Origin: Eledone cirrhosa
Taxonomy: Eukaryota
Direction: 5' to 3'
DNA: 64,000 bases
Assembly (NCBI GenBank): GCA_964016885.1
Contig: OZ024755.1
Coordinates: forward strand, 186,001-250,000
Part shown: one piece after another, positions 40,101 through 54,744 of the stretch
Position numbering within the stretch: position 1 is the first letter of the stretch
Layout: each line of letters begins with the position of its first letter
Program-made: the position numbers and the translations under genes
Notes under the pieces: model-generated
What the model was told of the DNA's origin: nothing
The model's input: only the letters and a program-made list of their open reading frames with translations
Databases searched by the model: none

Positions 40101-40967
40101 GTTATTAGATGTGATCAAACATATTAAGATAGAAAAGCCACATGTTGAAACATGTATGAGTTGGTCAATGGTAAAGTTAATATCTTACAGATAATAGCAC
40201 AGAAAGATATGAAGATTAACAATTACTTCTCAGATTATTCCAGATTTCCAGAAGTCTTATATATGAGACAGACATCTTCAAATACTTTCAAAATAATTTT
40301 CTTCAGACAATACTTCCTATTACTATTTTCATTACAATATTTCTAATGAAAGTCATTGCTGCTTGTGGTTTTCAAATAATTTTGAAAAATAATCAACATT
40401 TTTGGAAGTATTTAACTTTCCCATTATTAAACAGGTGTTTCAAACATAATACAAGTAGGTTCTTATATAAAATTATATCAATTTTTCTGCCAGATGTGAC
40501 TGGTAGATAGCAGCAGCAATTGGAAAGACCAATGGAAACATTTTCTTTGGTCTGATCTGACGAGTTCCACCCCACTAAATAAGTAAATGAGGTCTGGGAC
40601 CTTGTTGATTTGGATCAATATATATATATATATATATATAAATATTAACACTTGGAGGTTGGTGTTAGGAAGGGCATCTAGCTGTAGAAATCAAGCCAGA
40701 ATCAGTTTCCGTCCCACCCTTGCAAGCATGGAAAAAGCTGACGTAAAATGAAATGATGATGATGACTTCAAAAGAAGCAGTTTTGTACCATAGAACTAGA
40801 GACAGTTTCAGGTGGTTTGGTACCAAAAGGGTTAACCATTTTATTACCATAGTTTTAATGAAAGACACTGCCTAAGATTTTAAAATGATTTTGAAAATAA
40901 TCAGGAATTTCATTTACCTTTGTTTTTAACTGAACAACATTGCAATTATATGAGAAGAGGGGGGGGG

Positions 40968-41071
40968 AGTGAGAGCGGGGAAAGAGGGTAAGTGTGAGCG
41001 GGGAAAGAGGGTAAGTGAGAGCGGGGAAAGAGGGTAAGTGAGAGTGGGGAAAGAGGGTAAGTGAGAGTAGG
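40968..41071. repeat. 23-bp G-rich minisatellite, about 4.5 copies
   Basis: Unit AGTGAGAGCGGGGAAAGAGGGTA, followed by a purine-rich degenerate tract. Confidence 0.85.
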
Positions 41072-42155
41072 AAAGAGAGATAGCAAAAGGAAGAGATAGC
41101 AGTAGAGATAGAGATAGTAAGGGAAATGGAGAAAGCGAGAGATAGTGAGAGGAAGAGAGATAGTGAGAGGAAGAGAGATTGCGAGAGGAAGAGAGATTGC
41201 GAGATAGTGTGAGGAATGGAGACAGAGAGAGAAAAAGAGACAGAGAGAGGAATGGAGACAGAGAGAGAAAGAGCAAGTGTGTGTGTGTGTGCAATCATGC
41301 CCATGCATGAATAGCTAGATGGACTCCTTGTAAAAATTCCCTGTAGGTTTAGATTTGGTGAGCATGAGTGATGTTTTATAACAAAGTGATATATCAATAT
41401 ATCCCTGGCTGAAACTGATATATTGACAGTCAATTTCTTGAGAGAATGGTTAGCATTAACTCTTTCATTATGTTACTTCTCATAAAAGACATTGCCTATG
41501 GTTTTCAAATCATTTTGAAAATAATGAAGAAGGAAAAGAAGGAAAAAAATGATGATGATGATGATAGTGGTGGTGATGACGATGATGATGATGATGATGA
41601 AAATATGTATGGCAAGAAGGCATTGTATTGTATAAGGAATAAAAGAGTTATAAAATAATCTGAAAGAGTATTTGTGTCAGTGCCTGGGTCACAAAGAAAG
41701 CAATGAAAATGTTGACACCACAAAATAAACATGTAAATAGCCCAGTTTTTGTATATATTTTTTTGAATGATTAAAATAACTGTTTTCCACAATGTAATTG
41801 CTTCAGTTTTAACACCCAGTCTGAGATGAAGTCATTTGCCAGAGAAGAACAACCTCAAAATAATTAAAGTATTTTATTTGAAAAAGTTATCTTAAGAGTT
41901 AATGTAAAAATTGTCAGCTTGTAATCAAAAAGAGATCGTAGAATAATGAGGTAAAATGATGTGTGAAATTTAAAAATTAAGATTTTTTTTTCAACAACAA
42001 TATTACTGTGCATGCACACATGCATATATACACAGAGAGCTATTTATTCAAATTTAGATCAGAATCTAAATCTAGATATAACTAAGACACTTTCTTTGTG
42101 TGTTTACAAATTTCTTTGTGTAACAAATTAAGGTATCAGAGAAAGTCTAAATTAA

Positions 42156-42385
42156 CCCATTCATTACTATATTTAGAATGAAAAAAAAACACTACCTATG
42201 ATTTTAAAATCATTTCGAAAATAATCAAGAATTTAGAAAGATTTAGTAATATAACTTTCTCATTATTATGTTTGGAACATAACTTAATAAAGGTCCTTAT
42301 AATGGGAGGCTTTTAGATAAATATAAAAGCACTTAAAAAAACAGCTTTCGATTAAAGAACCAGAGGTGGTTTGGTATCAAAAGGG
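42156..42385 (-). mobile_element. piggyBac-like MITE
   Basis: Flanked by TTAA; its terminus CCCTTTTGATACCAAACCACC (minus strand) matches the left end of the piggyBac at 62440. Confidence 0.7.
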
Positions 42386-42792
42386 TTAAAAAAAGGGAAA
42401 GGAAAATATTCATATTTCTTAGGCATTATCAATGTTCAACTGCAGATGGCTAAAACCCTCCATCATTCAACAACACTTTCATAATTAGTTGTTCTATGGT
42501 TGAGGGATTAAGCTTGGCCGGAATTTGAGTCCTCAACACAATTGTCAGATCAGATACTGCAAGGTATGACATTCTAACTCCACCAACCCACTGCCATGGA
42601 CTGGTACTTTATTTTATTGACCTACCCCAAAGAGATGAAAGGCATGGTTGACGATGGCAGGATTTGAACTCAAAACTGGAACACATACCATGAGATATTT
42701 AACCAGTTGTTTTAGAAACCCTGCCAATTCTGTTATATTTGCCACCTTTGAATAATTGTGTAGGTTTTTGTATTTAAATCAGTAAACAGGTT

Positions 42793-43191
42793 GGTTAAAC
42801 CAGGCTGACCAAAGTATAGAATAGCCTGGAACACAGATTAACTAGAATGGGTTAAACCAGGCTGACCAAAGTATAGAATAGTCTGGAACACAGATAACTA
42901 GAATGGGTTAAACCAGCCTGACCAAAGTATAGAATAATCTGGAACATAGATAACTAGAATGGGTTAACCCAGGCTGACCAAAGTATAGAATAGTCTGGAA
43001 CATAGATTAACTAGAATGGGTTAAACCAGGCTGACCAAAGTATAGAATAGTCTGGAACATAGATAACTAGAATGGGTTAAACCAGGCTGACCAAAGTATA
43101 GAATAGTCTGGAACATAGATTAACTAGAATGGGTTAAACTAGGCTGACCAACGTATAGAATAGCCTGGAACACAGATAACTAGAATGGGTT
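42793..43191. repeat. 56/57-bp minisatellite, 7 copies
   Basis: Unit GGTTAAACCAGGCTGACCAAAGTATAGAATAG(C/T)CTGGAACA(C/T)AGAT(T)AACTAGAATG. Confidence 0.95.
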
Positions 43192-43323
43192 ATTGAAATT
43201 AAAGAGTAGACACTGCATATTGAATTAAATAATGAATCTTTCCATCATAAAAGACAAAAGGTCATGGCTGTTGCCCTTCGTCCACTCATTACGCCATAAC
43301 AGAATTAAAACATTTATTTGTCT

Positions 43324-43557
43324 AAGAAATGTCCATAGTTCTTCCCAGCTTTTTCATAGCAGCAATGTTACAATGATTGTTGCCAAGCTTGAAGTAGGTT
43401 ATCTGAAAGGAAATATGAGAGAGAAGGGAAGGATTCTATAAAGATGTGGTGCTGGTGCCAGTACCATGGAGAAACTCTTGCTTATAATTACTTTTCTTGT
43501 TATCTCTATACAGATCTCTACTTTGGCTCCATTGGAAGATTGCTTCTCTCACATCTC

Positions 43558-43589
<32 letters not shown>

Positions 43590-44059
43590 AGTTTACAAAT
43601 ATTCCTTGTTCAGCAAACATTCACTATTGTACTTCTCTGCCTTTTTCTTCAAAGTGATATTAAGAACAATTGTTATCCTTAACACTTTAAACATGCTTCT
43701 CTCTAGTGTCTTCTAAATGGAAACCCTTAGTCTCCCATTTCTCTATTATTAACTTCAAATAACAAATATTATAATAAAAGACTAAAGGAATTTCATAAAC
43801 TTCAAACCAAAACATACATGAAGATATTCCAGATAAATGTATTTATTCAAATATCTTCTACAGGAATTATTTCCATATTCTAAATAAAAGACACTGCCTG
43901 TGTTAAATAAAGTTCTATAGTTATTATCTTCTAGATACTATGATTTTCAGTTAATTTTGAAAATAATGAAGAATTTGGAGGGATTTAGTAAAATAACTTT
44001 TTCTTTATTAAGCTGGTGTTTGAAACAACTTATCAAAAACGTTCTTACACGGAATTATG
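43324..44059 (+). repeat. Left arm of long inverted repeat
   Basis: Reverse complement of 48867-49566; ORFs 43444..43716(+) and 49178..49393(-) share an identical C-terminal translation. Confidence 0.9.
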
Positions 44060-44863
44060 TAAGTTTTTAAAATAAACAGTTTTATATCATAGAATATTTC
44101 CAATATCATGTAAATGGAAGCCCTTTGTCTCTTATTTATTTTTTAAGTTCAAATATTCCTCTAGGGAGCTAAATTATACTTTCTAAGATATTTGATTTCA
44201 TCCCTTCTTATTTATATATATATTTTTTAAACATAACATATCAGAAAAGTTCTTACATAAATTATGATGGAAAGTGTTTAGATAAATACAAACACTTTAA
44301 AACAAACAGTTTTGTATTATAGATTCAGGAGTAGTTTCAAGTTGTTTGGTATCAAATGGCTTAATATAAAAAAATGTTCCAATTTATTAATCTAGATCAG
44401 TGATTCCTAACATGGGGTGCACACTCCAATTTGAAGATGATATTAATGAGAACTTCAGGTTTTACCTTATTTTTACACCAAGGCAACTTTGGTAAGCCTT
44501 ACTCTCAAAAACTGTTACCTCACCTTCTCCTTACATTGTGTATCTGGTAACCTATACACCAATTTGTTTACACTGTACAGTTGATCATCAGCGTTTTTAT
44601 ATCAAAGGGGTGGGAACCTACTAATTTTTAAAATGTTGAGGTTGTGCATGGTGCATTAAATGTTGGGTGGAACCACTGGCTTAGTGGCTAGAGAGTTGGA
44701 TTCACAATTGTGAGCTTGTGAGTTTGATTCTAAGAGTGGATGATGCCCTTTTACATATCATAACAATGAAAACTGAAATACAATAGGAGGACAATAAAAT
44801 CATATTTAAGACCTGGAAACACTGAAGAGAAATTCTAGAAGGAATTAGAAAATATTCACTTAC

Positions 44864-44998
44864 TTTTAGGTAATAGACCAAAAGTTCATTGAGAGAAGGA
44901 TCAGCATTTAGGTTGACCAAATAATAACGGCTCTGTTCAACTTTGATGCCAGAAGTCTGGACAGATATTCCCATGTTTTCCAAAGCCTTGTGTCTTTC
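44864..44998 (-). CDS. KIF13: KIF13-like exon preceding the FHA domain (ERHKALENMGISVQTSGIKVEQSRYYLVNLNADPSLNELLVYYLK)
   Basis: Overlaps ORF 44702..44983; LVNLNADPSLNELLVYYLK is the KIF13/Khc-73 pre-FHA motif; TTCCTAG acceptor, GTAAGT donor; 135 nt, phase 0-0. Confidence 0.96.
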
Positions 44999-45626
44999 CT
45001 AGGAAAAAAAAACAAAAAAACGAAACAATTTTATGAAAAATTTAGAAATGTTATTCAAAATGTAAATTAAGAGAGATTTTAGATTAAGATGTTTACATTA
45101 TATAGAAACAATGTAACAGTATGGCTGCAGCCTGATGAAATCTGTCACCTCCTTTTGGTTGTTTTACTGGGAGGGCTAGAGGATGGTTTTGAATTTAATC
45201 CATTGTTTATGTGGTATGTGATGTGTTAGGTTGGTGGGATTAATGGAGTACAAGTCATGTTTACTTAAATTTGTGGATAGCATTAGTTTAGTTTGGATTT
45301 GTTTATGCTTTAGTTAAAGCAAATGGTGGTCCTTGAAGGTAAAGACAAGATGGATGTTAGATTTTGGAATAAATGGCGAGCGGATAACAAAAGCACGGAC
45401 TTCAAGTCAGTTTCTCATTAGTGTCTTCTTATAAAGAATTTTAGACCTGAAATATTAAGATAGGTAAATAAAATAACAGGGGACGCACCAACATCTTAGT
45501 TGCCTTCAATTTATTCCAAAATCTACCAACCATTTTGTATTGTTATAGCAGGGAAATAATGTACCTATTTTAAACTAGATACACACTTACACATTCATAA
45601 TTACACACACACATATATATATATAT

Positions 45627-46378
45627 AGAGAGGAACGAAGCTTGCATGCTCCGCTGGATGTGTAACAGTAATATACGTGAACGGCAAAGCATAAACGAAC
45701 TAAGGAATAAATTAGAGATAAGAGGGATCAGATGTTGTTTACTCGAGAGAAGGCTACGTTGGTATGGACACGTGATGCGCATGAAAGTCGATAGCTGTAT
45801 AACAAAGTGCAGGGCAATAAAGATAGACGGTAGTCACGGAATAGGCAGACCTAGAAAAACCTGGGACGAGCTGATAAACTCCGACATCACACACTTACAC
45901 CTCTCCAAGACAATGTCACTGGACCGAGACCTTTGGCGGTACTCAGTAACAGAGAAGACCCGCCTTACCTAAATATATAGTAAAACCTACTCCAGCCAGT
46001 AGGCATCTCTAACAAAATACACCCCGTCCCACCACCCCCACCCCCACCCGATCCACACCACCCCGTTCTATGTAAAGTTATGTTGGTGCCGCGCCATCGA
46101 GGCCGAAACAAATGAGATCGTGTAGGTGTCACGACAAAAAAACACACAGTCCACGCTGTAATGTGGCCGTGTAGGCAACACGGTAAAAACCTCCCAGACC
46201 CACACTGTAAATGTGGTTGGTGTTAGGAAGGGCATCCAACTGTAGAAAACCTGCCAGACAGTCCTATGCGAGCAAGACAATCACTCTTGCCTCAAGTGGG
46301 ACTACCCCCGTCCAAACCCATGCAAGCGTGGAACACGGACGTTAAACGTTGATGATGATGATGATGATGATGATGATA
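45627..46378 (+). mobile_element. RTE subfamily B 3' fragment
   Basis: ORF 45646..45972, 3' UTR and (GAT)n tail; starts in (TA)n. Confidence 0.9.
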
Positions 46379-46451
46379 TATATACATACACACATATATA
46401 TATACACACATATATATATATATACATATACACACACACACACATATATAT

Positions 46452-46482
<31 letters not shown>

Positions 46483-47794
46483 CACATACACACATGTATA
46501 CATACATATATATATATACATGCACAAGCGTGGAAAATGGACATTAAATGATGATGATGTTGATATCCAAAGAACCTTTGAAGTGATGTTCAAAGGGAAT
46601 TCATCAAAACCATAGGTACACAGTTTGTCTATTAAAAGAGAAAAATAGAAGCCACCTTTTTGGTCATGAGTTTGTGTGATTAGTCAACACTGACCATTTC
46701 TGCTCCACATCTCTGGCATTCAAATTAAAGTCTAAAGATTCTTTTATGTTAGAGAACTATTAAAATCCGACTGAAGTTATTTTTTCAAATAGGAAGCGGA
46801 GATAACTTTTTGATAAGATTTTTCAGACAAGAAGATCATCTTTGATGTGTTACAAATCAAACTAATTTGTTGCTATAACAGTGAGATGACAAGATGATTA
46901 AGGTTTCCAGACGATGACAGCAGTGTCATATGACAAACAAACAAATCTTTGGCTAGCTACACACACACAGAGACACACATCGATTTCTCCCTTCCCTCAT
47001 CCTTAAAACGGAGTGTATAACATAAATAACTGTTAAAAGCTATTGCATATATATATATGATGGACTCTCCTGTCAATATTCATGTATGAGGATCCGAACA
47101 ACCTATTCAATTAATTCAGTTTGGATTTTTATATCGGGCACGAGATTTTAGACTTGCCAAGGATTTGCAAGCAAGTCTGCAGATTGTGCAAGGGTGAGGT
47201 TATTGGTATGTTTGATAATGCTTTTCTCCTCCTTCTTGAGGGAGGGAGAGGGAGAGAGAGAGGGAGGGAGAGAGAGAGGGAGGGAGGGAGAGAGAGAGAG
47301 AGAGATAAGTAGGTAGATATGTTGGACATCCATCAATTCTGATGAGCGCTTCAGTTGATTCAATCAATGGAACAAGCAGATTGTGAGATTAATGTGCAAG
47401 TGGCTGAGCATTCCACAGGCATATGTACCCTTAATGCATTTCTCAAGGTTATCAAGTACTTGACAAGACTAAAGAGTTTTTTATGTGGTCACTGTTCAAA
47501 TGTCAACCACTTTACAGAGTATCCTGGGTGTATTTTAATGTGGCAGCCACACCAGAAATATTGTTTTGTCCACTTAAAACTGACAACTAAAATATCATTA
47601 ATTCCAGTATTATTTAACAGAGCATTCAGATGTCTGGTGGTGAGGGTGATGATTACTGAAGACAAAAACAACAACAACCACTAGAAATAAGTGCACTGCA
47701 TTAATGAGGACATCAATTTCAATATCTACCGAACTAAAAGTACAGGTAGGTCAACGAGACAGAAACTAAATTATCCAGATGGTATCAATGCACC

Positions 47795-47859
<65 letters not shown>

Positions 47860-48866
47860 GGGGATGTACTTATAATATGAGTTAATTATCTCAAGTAAAA
47901 TCAGTAATTAGTGAGACAGCTTATTGTTAAGAATATTCTTCTACAAGAGAGGTGGTCTTTAATCTTCAGTATTTTAGAAGCTATGAAGCTGTAGTGTGTA
48001 GAACAAGTTGAAACAGGCTGGCAGAGAGGAGAGAAATTGTCTGAAAAAACAGGAGACACTTGGAAATATTTTTCACCACCACTAAAACTAGACTAGATAT
48101 ATATAAACAGTGATTGCCTTCACATCATATTCTTTCTTTCTTTCACTGGCTGAAGTCAGACTAAGGCCATGCTAGGGCACCACGTTCAAAGGATTTAGTC
48201 AATCACATAAATGCCAGAACATATTTTTTCAAGTCAAGCATTTATTTTATTGATTACCTTTTGTCAAACTGCTGTTATGGGACACAAAGAAAGAAACACA
48301 CATATGGATACACGCACACACATATATGATAGGATTTAATCGTTTCCATCTACCAAATTTCACAGACAATGTATTGGTCAGCCTAAAGCAATATGTAGAA
48401 GACATTTTCACTAGGTAGCATGTAGTAGAATTGAACCCCAAACCATGTGGAATGGAGGGAACTCTTTAACCACACAGCCATGGCTGAGCTTATTGTTGAG
48501 AACCCCTCCCCCACAAAAAAAATAAGAAGGAATGAAAGCAAATATCGGAGAAAGTATAATTTAGCTCCCTAGAGGAATATTTGAACTTAGAAAATAAATA
48601 AGAGACATTTACATGACATTGGAAATATTCTATGATACAAAACTGTTTTGAAGTGTTTATCATCATTGTCATCAACATTTAACATCCATTTTTCCAAGCT
48701 AGCATGGATTAGACGAGTTGTCCCGTTGTGAAACAAATCAGAGCAGATGACTATATCTTGCTCATACAGAACTGATTCTGGCTTGGTTTCTATAGCTGGA
48801 TACACTTCCTAATGCCAACCACATTTACAGTGTGGGCTGGGTGCTTTTTATCTAAAAATCTTCCAC

Positions 48867-49566
48867 CATAATTCCATGTAAGAGCTTAATAAAGAAAAAG
48901 TTATTTTATTAAATGCCTCCAAATTCTTCATTATTTTCAAAATTAATTGAAAATCATAGTATCTAGAAGATAATAACTATAGAACTTTATTTAACACAGG
49001 TGTCTTTTATTTGGAATATGGAAATAATTCCTGTAGAAGATATTTGAATAAATACATCTATCTGGAATATCTTGATGTATGTTTTGGTTTGAAGTTTATG
49101 AAATTCCTTTAGTCTTTTATTATAATATTTGTTATTTGAAGTTAATAATAGAGAAATGGGAGACAAAGGGTTTCCATTTAGAAGACACTAGAGAGAAGCA
49201 TGTTTAAAGTGTTAAGGATAACAATTGTTCTTAATATCACTTTGAAGAAAAAGGCAGAGAAGTACAATAGTGAATGTTTGCTGAACAAGGAATATTTGTA
49301 AACTATAGATAGAGAGAGAGGGGATGTGAGAGAGGGAGTGAGAGAGGCAATCTTCCAATGGAGCCAAAGTAGAGATCTGTATAGAGATAACAAGAAAAGT
49401 AATTATAAGCAAGAGTTTCTCCATGGTACTGGCACCAGCACCACATCTTTATAGAATCCTTCTCTTCTCTCTCATATTTCCCTTCAGATAACCCACTTTA
49501 AGCTTGGAAATAATCATTGTAACATTGCTGCTAAGAGAAAGTTGGGAAGAGCTACAGACATTTCTT
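48867..49566 (-). repeat. Right arm of long inverted repeat
   Basis: See left arm; differs by small indels, including a ~29-bp deletion near the inner end. Confidence 0.9.
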
Positions 49567-49827
49567 GTTAATAAAAATGATCAATATATATGACTACAGT
49601 CCCTTATATAGAAACAAATAAATAATACCTGAAGAAAAGAATAGTTGGTCATGGATGAATGCTTTCTATAATAGGTTTGTTCAAAAACAAATATTTTTCT
49701 GCTAGTATTTTTCAAGGGAAAAAGGTTGGTGCCAAGAAGCGTTTTCAACTATAAAATATCACCTCAAAAGGGAGCCTATAATATCTATAAACTTTATCAT
49801 ATAAATTTTAAATTTAAATATCGAAAA

Positions 49828-50350
49828 TCCAATGAAATTGTCAAGAATGCCGAGGGTATCTTAGGATCACTTAGTAAGACTTTTATCAGCTGCTCTCCAG
49901 CTATCTATTTAAAGCTGTATATAGTTATGGTGTATCCGCACGTAGAATTTGCATCACCAGCCTGGAACCCCTATCTTGTTCAGAACATTGACCTCCTGGA
50001 AACTGTTCAGAGACGTGCAACCAAGCGAATACCCTCCATCAGGCTTCTACCACACTCTGAATGCCATGCTTCCGATACATTGAAGTTCCGACATCTGGCA
50101 ACTGACTTGGTAAACACCCACAAAATTATTAACCATCTTGCTAACAACAACCCTGAGCACCTTTGAATTCAATATGTCCAACACTTATGGACATGCTTGC
50201 AAAGTCAGTAAACAGTACTGCTCCCATGACTTTTGGGAACATTTTTTCATGCTCAGAGTTACTGAAGCATGAAACAAATTACCTGCATCAGTTGTTAACT
50301 GCTGGGACACTGCATCTTTCAAAACTTCCATGCTTCTGAAATCCACCATC
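49828..50350 (+). mobile_element. CR1/L2-group LINE 3' fragment
   Basis: LYIVMVYPHVEFASPAWNPYLVQNIDLLETVQRRATKRIP is the typical CR1 post-RT motif; degraded downstream. Confidence 0.8.
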
Positions 50351-51016
50351 ACTATATCTGATATTCCCTCTCCATACAAACACAAGCACGTGTGTGTCTG
50401 TGTGTATAATGACTCATGCACTGTTCACTTTCCTGACATTTCTACAGTAACGGCCTTTTACGTTCTGAGTTCAAATTCCGCCGAGGTTAACTTTTCATCT
50501 TTACGGGGTCGATAAAATAAAGTACCAGTAATGTACTGGCTAAATGGTGGCCTTGTGCCAAAAGTAGAAACAATTATTAATATAATAGATGTAAGGGAGG
50601 CAACAGATATAAGGGAGATAATAAATGCAAGGAAGATAACTCCTGTAAGGGAAGTAACCAACATGAGGGAGATCATTAATTTATTCAAGTGGATTTATTT
50701 TGCAAGCCTGGAGACGCGAGATGCCGTATTAAATAGATACTGTTAAATTAGGAAATGTTAAAGATATGCTTGATTATTATCAAATTCCATTCATTATAAG
50801 CAAACTACTGTAACTGCAAGTAAAACTCCTACTATTACTACTACTACCATGTTAAACTCTTGGGAGACGTGCTGAGGGGAGGGGGTGATTGATGTGCAAT
50901 ATATTTTATATTTGTTTTGTTTATCAGAAATGAAATATAAGAGGATATAGTCCTGTAAATTTTAACAACAAATCCATCTATCTTTCTCTCCTGACTGCCT
51001 ATCTTATGGCGATGCC

Positions 51017-51414
51017 TTTCTCTCCGGACAACAATTGATTCCCTTCTTTAAGTATCACTTTAGAAGGAGAATCAGGGTGGAGAGAGAGGCACTGCACCCC
51101 AGTAAATTTACTGAAAGGTGGGTGAATGAAGCGAAAATGGCCCGAGTGATTGGGCCTTCTCTGTTTATAAGCCTGTAGGTTGAGGAAGAGAGCAAAAGGA
51201 AGAAAGGAGCACTTGCACAACACGCTCCTGGAGTTGAGGGTTGTTCTATCGACGGGGTATTAAACAACCCATTTGTGGCGCCTCCCCCCTATTGGGGATT
51301 TCGATTGTTGTAATTGTTTGTTTTTATATTTTTTACACGACTGTATGTAAAATCCCTGGCATGTCTTTGTATTGTCCCCTTTTCTTGTGCGCCCTTGTGG
51401 CTAATAAAGAAATA
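51017..51414 (+). mobile_element. Tx1/L1-clade LINE 3' fragment with 17-bp TSD
   Basis: Similar to about 56085-56481; ends GGCTAATAAAGAAAT; TSD TATCTTATGGCGATGCC at 51000-51016 and 51415-51431. Confidence 0.8.
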
Positions 51415-52886
51415 TATCTTATGGCGATGCCATCTTAACAATTTTGCCTTTCATCCTTACGGGGTCGATAAAATAAAGTACCAGTAATGCACTGGAATAA
51501 TTGCTGGCCTTTTGCCAAAAGTAGAAATAATTATTACCATCGTCAACTATATCACTGTTTTTTTTTAATCAGCCCTGACTGATTTCATTCTTATCATCCA
51601 AGTATATTTCAATTACCTCTACAAATATAATGTATAATCGAAATTACTATGTATCATTTATATTGACGTATATAACTAACTTTATTCTTGTCCACAAGTG
51701 CATGGTATATAAAAACACAATAAAAGGAGGGGTATACAAATGCGATAACTTTTCAAAAGCAACTACCATTAGATAAAAGAAGATAACTCTTCCAAATTAC
51801 TTAGGGTTATCGCCCTTGAGCTATGTGTTTCAGAAAAATTTCTTAGTAATTTTAAAGCTAGGTAAGAATAATGGAATACGTAAACGAATGCTAAAATCTC
51901 TGAGCTTCTACAACGAAAATTATGAACACAAAGGCAAAAAATGAAAAACAACACATTTAGGATTTTTAGAGCGATATATTCACAACCTAATGTTTTTTTT
52001 TCGTGTGTGAGAGAGCATTGTTTAGTCTGAAGTCATGTAACTCCTGATAGAGTTGTGGGGGCATCATATTGATATACAGCATTTTTTTAAACCTGGCGGA
52101 ACACACACCTTCTCCAGGCCTGAATACAGCAGATTTCTTCCAGAGAAGGAGAGAGAGTGAGAGAATGGAAGTGAGAAAGATTTAGAGAAGAATAATCAAT
52201 ACTAGATTGGTACTTTTTTATCCATCCCAAAAGTATGAAAAGCCAAGCTGCCGACAGGATTTGAACTCAGACAGCAGCGAGCTGGAACGAATACCACAGA
52301 GCATTCTCTCCGACATTCTAATGATTCTGCCAAATCGCTGTCTTATTGTTTTAGTGTATATTTGCATTATAGAGTGTGAGAGAAAGTCTTAGCTGTGACA
52401 ACTGACATTAACAACAATAAATATGTATTGCATCACAACTTAGAAGCACTGTAAGGTGGTTGGTGATATGAAAAGCACCCAGCTGTAGAAACCATGCCGA
52501 GAAGGGATCAAGAGGACTCTTCAGGTGAGTCAGGGGCATGGCAATTTCTTGAATGTTGGAGACATGATAAACATTCCTAAGACACTCTTTAAAGTGTTTG
52601 GTGATAAGGCATCATGACCCTTTTACACTGAGAACAGATGTTGAATGATGAAGATGATATATATCATATGTATCATCATTTTACATCAGCTGTTCATTCT
52701 GGGATGGGTTGGATAGATTGTCATGGTTTGAGTTATTTCAAGGCAAACAGGACTGAGGGGGTGATGACCCCAAGTTGAAAGGGCAAAGTGTAATCTGAAT
52801 GTGAGGAGGGGAGAGAGTGATGGTTTAGTAAAAGAGAGAGGGAAGTAGTGAATAGGGAGATTACTAGAGTAATTATATAGTTAAGG

Positions 52887-52919
<33 letters not shown>

Positions 52920-54603
52920 CATATATATATCTATATATATATATATAGATATATAGAGGTTTTTAATAGTTTCAGAGGAATATTTTATGCAAAATATTCC
53001 TAACAATATTGATATGGTAAATTAAAAAAATAATTGTAAAAAAGAAAAGATAAAAGGAAATGTAGATTTTTTCTAGTAATTAAATTCAAAAGAAAGCTTA
53101 AGATATGCACAGGCATTAAAGTTGCTCTCATTAAAACTGAACAATATTACAGCAAGCAATAACATACAATGGCTGCTGTAAAATAGTTGAAGTGGGGAAG
53201 TGAAATTTTGAGTTGCAGAAACTTGAGAATGTTATAAACATCAATGAAGAACAGGACCAAATTAATTTAGCTATACTAATCAATAACGGTTTCGGATTTA
53301 GGCAAAAGGCCAACAATTTTTTTATTGGGGGTGAGGGGTAGTCAATTAAATTGCCCTCAGTATATTACTGGTACAATGGAACCTCATTTCACAAACTTAA
53401 TTAGTTCCTACATTTTATCACGGCACCAACATTAATATACCACCTTCATCATTTAGCATGTTTAATCTTATATTTTTTCCTTTAATTTCTCATTGTATTT
53501 TCTGATGAAAGACAAGCATCCGAAACATTAAGGCTTTTCCTACTATATTAAGCATGAAACTAATGTATATATTAATTGGACTTCATCATCTGTTGTATGT
53601 TTCCTGTTTATTTTTCGCATACATACAACCTATACAAGCATGAAAAAGCAGACGTGATGATGCTGATGATGATACATATAAAATAAATGTTTATATATGT
53701 GCCCCCCCCCCCATAAAACAGGCTTCCACACAACATTTATTTACCAAATTCTACTCAAAAGGCATTATACATGACACGGCTATGGAAGAAGATGCAAAGC
53801 CCCGGGTACAGTACCACTATAGGATTGAAGTGTGTCACCATGATTATAAAAGAAGCGACATTACCACAAAGCCATAGCTATAGTGATCATATAGAACGAC
53901 AGTAACAATCTCCAATAGTTTTCAATATATACAGCAAGTATAATGACTTCCAAAGAAGTGAAAAGAAGAGAAAATATGAATATATGTTTATTTCAGTCTC
54001 TCATTGAATAATTTAACAAATCCTACATTTAACTAGCTCACACGCATATACACACACTACGCATATACACACACTATGCATATACACACATTACACATGA
54101 ACACACAAACACAAGAAGATTGCAGACATATGTACACCTATACATACACACACAAGATTGCATGTACATGTACACACACACATACATACACAAGAAGAAT
54201 ATAGACACAAGTACACCTACAACCACACACGCGATTGTACACATATGCACGCCTACATACACACACACAAAAGACTAGACACACATCCACACGTACACAT
54301 ATACAACATTGTACACACACACCTACACACAAGACTGTAGACACATACACATGAACACCTATATACACCTACACAAACACGCATACAAGATTGTACACAC
54401 ACACACAAATACACCTACACACCTAAATACACCTACAGAAAGTGTCTTGTGGAAGTAGAAGAATGTGAATAAACCAGTTTTATATTATGCAAAATATGCC
54501 TGACAATAGTTGGTGTATTCGATTAGATGCTTATCTGAATATATTGAATAGCTCGGAATTGGCCATTTTTAGTAATAAAAAAATATTAAATTATACATAC
54601 ATG

Positions 54604-54635
<32 letters not shown>

Positions 54636-54744
54636 CACATACATATATAGATGTGTGTGTATATATACACATACACATCTATATACATATACACACACAC
54701 ATGCATACATATATATATATAGACATACACATATATACATATGT

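Noticed and set aside
41281-41433. ORF 40855..41433 as the FHA exon
   Set aside because: No FHA motifs or convincing splice sites; the frame is mostly a purine-rich repeat.
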